DNA of 64,000 bases from Actinomycetes bacterium (GTDB taxonomy: Bacteria; Actinomycetota; CADDZG01; JAHWKV01). The notes beneath the pieces were generated by a model, which was not told where the DNA came from, did no database searches, and saw only the letters and a program-made list of their open reading frames with translations. A program made the position numbers and the translations under genes. This document shows positions 60,210 to 64,000 of the stretch, piece by piece. Where the stretch lies: contig JAJCYE010000019.1 of NCBI GenBank assembly GCA_029263075.1, forward strand, positions 10,454 through 74,453, in the 5' to 3' direction. Positions within the stretch are counted from its first letter, which is position 1. Every line of letters starts with the position of its first letter.

Positions 60210-61481
60210 GTGAATTACCTCACGATAAACGGGGGCAAGCGGCTTTCGGGCCGGGTGCAGATCTCGGGCGCCAAGAACTCGGCGCTCAAGTTGATGGCGG
60301 CATCGTTGTTGGGGCACGGGACCACGGTGCTCACCAACGTGCCCCGTATCAGTGATGTCTTCACAATGATCGAGGTCCTCCAGCGCCTGGGCGCTGGGGT
60401 GTCGTTTGAGGACAACACCCTTCGGATAGACACCTCGGGCGAAATCAGCACCATCGCTCCCTACGATTTGGTGCGCCGTATGCGGGCGTCGATCAACGTC
60501 CTGGGTCCCCTGCTCGCCCGCTCCGGCCACGCCCGGGTGGCCATGCCCGGCGGCTGCAATATCGGCAACCGCACCATCGATATGCACGAGGCTGGACTGA
60601 CCCAACTGGGGGTCAGGTTCACCTTTGACCACGGGTACCTCGAAGGCATTGCCGACAGGCTAGTCGGCAAGAAGCTGGTGCTCGACTTCCCAAGCCGGGG
60701 AGCCACCGAAAACCTGATGACCGCCGCGGTGCTCGCGGAAGGGGTGACCGTAATCGAGAACGCGGCCCGGGAGCCCGATATCGTGGACCTGGCAAGCTTC
60801 CTCAATGCCATGGGCGCTCAGGTTTGGGGCGCAGGCACCTCGACCATCGAGATCACCGGTGTCGGCCGGATGAGCTCCACCGAGTACCAGGTTTCAGCGG
60901 ACCCCATTGAGGCCGGAACCTTCGCCCTGGCCGTGCTGGCAACCGGAGGAGATGCCGAGCTTGCCGGCGCCCAGCCCGAGACCATGGAGATTTTCTTGGA
61001 GAAGCTGGCCCTGTCGGGAGCGGAGTGGGCCCCCACGGAGTCCGGCATCCGGGTCAAGTGTGAACGCAGGCCGCGGGCGGTCGATTTTGCGACCCTTCCT
61101 TACCCAGGATTCCCCACCGATCTGCAGCCACAGATGATGGCGTTTTTGGTGTCCGCCGAGGGGACGAGCATCGTTACCGAGAACGTTTTTGAAAACCGTT
61201 TCGCCCACACCCAGGAGCTGGTTCGGATGGGAGCCGACATAAGGACCGAGGGCCACCATGCGGTGATCCGGGGGGTGCCGGGGCTGCAGGGCGCCCCGGT
61301 GAAGGGTTCCGACCTGAGGGCCGGTGCGGCCCTGGTTGTGGCGGCTCTGGGTGCTGAAGGCACCACCGAAGTGCACGACTTTCATCACGTCGAGCGGGGC
61401 TACGAGGATTTTGCCGGCAAACTACGGAGCCTGGGCGCGGATGTTGAACTGATGGTTGAGACCACCTCGTTGCAGGTCTAA
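60210..61481 (+). CDS. murA: UDP-N-acetylglucosamine 1-carboxyvinyltransferase
   Basis: 423 aa; LTINGGKRLSGRVQISGAKNSALKLMAASLL N-terminus; GCNIGNRTID active-site Cys loop. Confidence 0.9.
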   Translation: MNYLTINGGKRLSGRVQISGAKNSALKLMAASLLGHGTTVLTNVPRISDVFTMIEVLQRLGAGVSFEDNTLRIDTSGEISTIAPYDLVRRMRASINVLGPLLARSGHARVAMPGGCNIGNRTIDMHEAGLTQLGVRFTFDHGYLEGIADRLVGKKLVLDFPSRGATENLMTAAVLAEGVTVIENAAREPDIVDLASFLNAMGAQVWGAGTSTIEITGVGRMSSTEYQVSADPIEAGTFALAVLATGGDAELAGAQPETMEIFLEKLALSGAEWAPTESGIRVKCERRPRAVDFATLPYPGFPTDLQPQMMAFLVSAEGTSIVTENVFENRFAHTQELVRMGADIRTEGHHAVIRGVPGLQGAPVKGSDLRAGAALVVAALGAEGTTEVHDFHHVERGYEDFAGKLRSLGADVELMVETTSLQV

Positions 61482-61777
61482 AGACCTTTTCGGATCAGCC
61501 AATAGATGTAGAGACCGGCTACCAGCACCAGCACCATGGCAATCGGTGCGATCGTGCTTATCAGCCTGTCGGTCCGGGTTCTGACCCTGACGGGCGCCAC
61601 GTCTCCGTCGTAGGGCGGCAAGGTTGTGTGATTGGGGCCGGCCGTCTCAGTGGGTCCCGGGGCCGGCGATACCGGGGGGGAGTCGGTACCCATCGCGGGG
61701 AGAGGTATCAGGGCGCCGAAGGCAACGATCAGCAGGCAGATTAGCTTCGTCGCGCGGGAGCAGAGCTTCGAATCCAT
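61478..61777 (-). CDS. Hypothetical small membrane protein (two TM helices)
   Basis: 100 aa starting at Met140 of track ORF 61478..62194: MDSKLCSRATKLICLLIVAFGALIPLPAMG...IAPIAMVLVLVAGLYIYWLIRKGL. The upstream 139 codons overlap the MBL gene on the opposite strand and are rejected. No clear RBS. Confidence 0.35.
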   Translation of the reverse strand: MDSKLCSRATKLICLLIVAFGALIPLPAMGTDSPPVSPAPGPTETAGPNHTTLPPYDGDVAPVRVRTRTDRLISTIAPIAMVLVLVAGLYIYWLIRKGL

Positions 61778-61855
61778 TGGAAGCCGAGCGTAACCGAAAG
61801 TCTGTGTCTGCGGCGATGTCCACCCAGCCGGACGCTTCGGGCTATCCTGGGTGCG

Positions 61856-62839
61856 ATGCGGTTGCAAAACACCCTTCCGGTCGAGACCCTGCCGATACCC
61901 ACTCCGTTTGGGGTGGGGCAGGTGAACGCCTACATCGTGGCGTCGGATCCGATGACGCTCATCGACGCAGGCGTGAACACGCTGGCGGGCGAGAACGCGC
62001 TGAAGCTCGGTTTCGCCGCCAAGGGCCTCTTCGTTGAGTCGCTGGAACGAATCCTCGTCACCCATGGCCACCCGGATCACTACGGTCTGGTCCCGCTGAT
62101 CTGTAACGGCTCGGGCAGGGTCAAGGCCTACATGGGTGAAAAAGAGATCGAAAGGATCGCCGACACCGGGCCGGTCTGGGAATGGAGCCGGCACCTCCAG
62201 GAGGCGGGTTTCCCCGAACTGCTCCTAAAGGAGATCTCAAAGCTGGAGAGGGCGGTCAATCGGGTACACAAGGTTTGTGAACTTAATTGCCGCCCGATCG
62301 CCGACGGTGAAGTTTTCGAGTTCAGTGAGCTCAACCTGGTTGCTATAGCGCTTCCCGGACACACCGATGGGCATATGGGGTTCTTGGAACCCGACCACCG
62401 TGTCCTGTTTGGGGGGGATACGCTCCTGCCGCACTCCTACCCCAATCCGCTCATCGAGCCGATCCTGGAACCGGAAGGGGACTCGCCCAGCCGGAGGCGT
62501 CACAGCCTCAAGCACTACCTCGAAACTTTGGATCTGCTGCAGTCGTTGGATCTACAAACCGTCTATCCCGGCCACGGACCGGTAATTGACAACCCGAAAG
62601 AAACCATCGCCTTTATGCGAAGGCATCACGCTCGCCGGCTCGATCAGGTGAGTCAGTGCCTGACGGCCGGCGGCGCGACTGCCTTCGATGTTTCAGCCGT
62701 GCTGTACCCGGATGCCCGCTCTTACTGCCGGTTCCTCGCGGTCTCGGAGGCCGCTGCCCATTTGGATGTACTCGTGGCGCAGGGCAGGGCGGCCAACGAG
62801 ATCCGGGACGACGGCGTGGAGTACTTCACTACCGTCTGA
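61856..62839 (+). CDS. MBL-fold metallo-hydrolase
   Basis: LIDAGVNT ... VTHGHPDHYG ... ALPGHTDGH ... GHGP metal-ligand motifs. Confidence 0.8.
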   Translation: MRLQNTLPVETLPIPTPFGVGQVNAYIVASDPMTLIDAGVNTLAGENALKLGFAAKGLFVESLERILVTHGHPDHYGLVPLICNGSGRVKAYMGEKEIERIADTGPVWEWSRHLQEAGFPELLLKEISKLERAVNRVHKVCELNCRPIADGEVFEFSELNLVAIALPGHTDGHMGFLEPDHRVLFGGDTLLPHSYPNPLIEPILEPEGDSPSRRRHSLKHYLETLDLLQSLDLQTVYPGHGPVIDNPKETIAFMRRHHARRLDQVSQCLTAGGATAFDVSAVLYPDARSYCRFLAVSEAAAHLDVLVAQGRAANEIRDDGVEYFTTV

Positions 62840-62844
62840 GTGCG

Positions 62845-63390
62845 TTAGGCCCCGCCGGCCTTCTCGTCGTCTCCGCCACTCAGTTTTTCTGCCAGCTTCG
62901 ACTCCCACTTCATGTTCGGGTCGCTGGAAAGGATGCCGGCCAACTTCTGACCGGTGGTCAGGCCTTCGCCTTCCTCGGCCTGTTCGGCGACTCTCCCGGC
63001 ATCGGGCGGATCTTCGTTGCCGGAGTCGGGGTTGGCGCTCGCGGCGCCGGCCTCGGCCGATGGGTCACTGCCCGTTGCTGGTTGCCCGCCGGCAGCGCTC
63101 TGCCCGTCGGCTTCGCTCTCAACGCCGCCCCCACCTTCGTAGGTCCCGGCGAACTTCGCCTTGGCACGCTCCGCAGCTTCGAACACCTCGGACTCGGAAG
63201 CCCTCGGGAATTCTTCACGGGCCTGCTGGGCCTCCGGGCTGTCGCTCCCCGGCAGGTCGGCGCCGCCCCCGCCGTCTGGGTTGTTCTCCAGGTTGCCCCA
63301 CTTCTTGGTGCCCTGGACATTTTCGATGTTGTCCTGCATTCGGTCGCCCGCATTCTGCCGAATCTGCTGCTCCATGTCGGTGTCCGCCAT
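62845..63390 (-). CDS. Acidic, low-complexity (intrinsically disordered) hypothetical protein
   Basis: 181 aa from Met153 of the track ORF. Strong RBS GAAGGAGGG lies 5 nt upstream. Composition is dominated by D/E/G/A/S (MADTDMEQQIRQNAGDRMQDNIENVQGTKKWGNLENNPDGGGGADLPGSDSPEAQQ...). The track N-terminal extension overlaps the MBL gene and is rejected. Confidence 0.5.
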   Translation of the reverse strand: MADTDMEQQIRQNAGDRMQDNIENVQGTKKWGNLENNPDGGGGADLPGSDSPEAQQAREEFPRASESEVFEAAERAKAKFAGTYEGGGGVESEADGQSAAGGQPATGSDPSAEAGAASANPDSGNEDPPDAGRVAEQAEEGEGLTTGQKLAGILSSDPNMKWESKLAEKLSGGDDEKAGGA

Positions 63391-63537
63391 CTTGACCCTC
63401 CTTCTTGGTTGTGGTCTCGGGTGGTCCCACCGGGACTCACTTGGGGTTTTTCCTACCCGGCAGAGATCGCGATAAACGGTTTGGGAGGGGTGCCGTCCGG
63501 GTAATGAACCACGCTGCGCTGCCCTAGAATGGGGCCC

Positions 63538-64000
63538 ATGGTCTATCTGGATTACGCAGCCACCACTCCGATGATGGACGAGGTCATCGATGCGATGCTG
63601 CCTTACCAAAAGCAGTTCTTCGGGAACCCGTCCAGTGTCTACGGCGCCGGGCGGGAAGCCAAGAAGGGCCTGGAAGAAGCCCGAGAAAAGGTGGCGGCTG
63701 CAATAGGCGCCCACCCTGCCGAGGTCATCTTTACCGCCGGGGGGACCGAGGCCGACAACCTGGCTCTCAAGGGGGCCGTGGCCAGAGCGGACCCTCGTCG
63801 CCGCCACATCATCACAAGTTCCATCGAACACCATGCGGTGCTCCACTCCGCCGAGTGGCTCGAGAGCCAGGGCTACCGGGTGACCTTCCTTCCCGTAGAT
63901 GGCGGGGGGCTGGTGAACCTGGATGCCCTGAAGGCATCGCTGTCGTCGGAGACGGCAATTGTTTCGGTGATGCTGGCCAACAACGAGGTGGGCACGATCC
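63538..64000 (+). CDS. Cysteine desulfurase (IscS/NifS-like, class V aminotransferase), partial at the window end
   Basis: MVYLDYAATTPMMDEVIDAMLPYQKQFFGNPSSVYGAGREAKKGLEEAREKVAAAIGAHPAEVIFTAGGTEADNLALKG... It is not in the ORF track because it runs off the window. Confidence 0.8.
   Translation, partial: MVYLDYAATTPMMDEVIDAMLPYQKQFFGNPSSVYGAGREAKKGLEEAREKVAAAIGAHPAEVIFTAGGTEADNLALKGAVARADPRRRHIITSSIEHHAVLHSAEWLESQGYRVTFLPVDGGGLVNLDALKASLSSETAIVSVMLANNEVGTI

Noticed and set aside
61778-62194. N-terminal 139 codons of minus ORF 61478..62194
   Set aside because: They overlap the MBL-fold hydrolase gene on the plus strand, and only the last 100 codons look protein-like. The same reasoning applies to 63391..63846 of ORF 62845..63846.

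Overview
This is a 64 kb high-GC (about 68%) chromosome segment with actinobacterial gene content and synteny, mostly core metabolism. No rRNA, tRNA, CRISPR array or mobile element was detected by eye. The ORF track is codon-exact; coordinates I derived by hand may be off by 1-3 nt.

Content from left to right:
- Left end: a partial aquaporin, a GT4 glycosyltransferase convergent with a 908-aa surface protein made of DUF11-type repeats, then RidA and a small zinc-ribbon protein.
- A complete Pup-proteasome system cluster on the minus strand: arc/mpa, dop, pup (ends in GGE), prcB, prcA, pafA, pafB, pafC. It carries two atypical inserts. One is a Gly-rich, Cys-capped secreted protein between pup and prcB. 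The other is a conserved hypothetical gene between pafA and pafBC.
- trmI, glnII (type II glutamine synthetase) with an intrinsic terminator, a LOG-family gene, nadE, and an OmpR-type response regulator plus histidine kinase downstream of a VanY-like M15 peptidase.
- A B. subtilis-style ilvB-ilvN-ilvC / leuA-leuB block with a leader-peptide (LVLLLV) transcription attenuator upstream of ilvB.
- A small PLDc_N membrane protein with a two-gene ABC transporter, ilvD, and a DUF45 hydrolase.
- An accessory-looking island: GlsB-like stress protein, a cyclooxygenase-like heme dioxygenase immediately downstream of a cytochrome P450, PPOX-like and VOC proteins, an unannotated 46-aa metallothionein-like gene, and a DUF523/DUF1722 protein.
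- An MMPL transporter and sufS-sufU.
- A conserved block rpmE-DUF1385-prfA-prmC-tsaC-rpiB / glyA / wecA-atpZIBEFHAGDC-murA. The ATP synthase has a long alpha subunit and an 87-aa epsilon.
- Right end: an MBL-fold hydrolase, an acidic disordered protein, and a partial cysteine desulfurase.

The most novel-looking element is the split dioxygenase + P450 pair, which mirrors the fused fungal Ppo/linoleate-diol-synthase oxylipin enzymes. Second is the Gly-rich secreted protein embedded in the proteasome operon.
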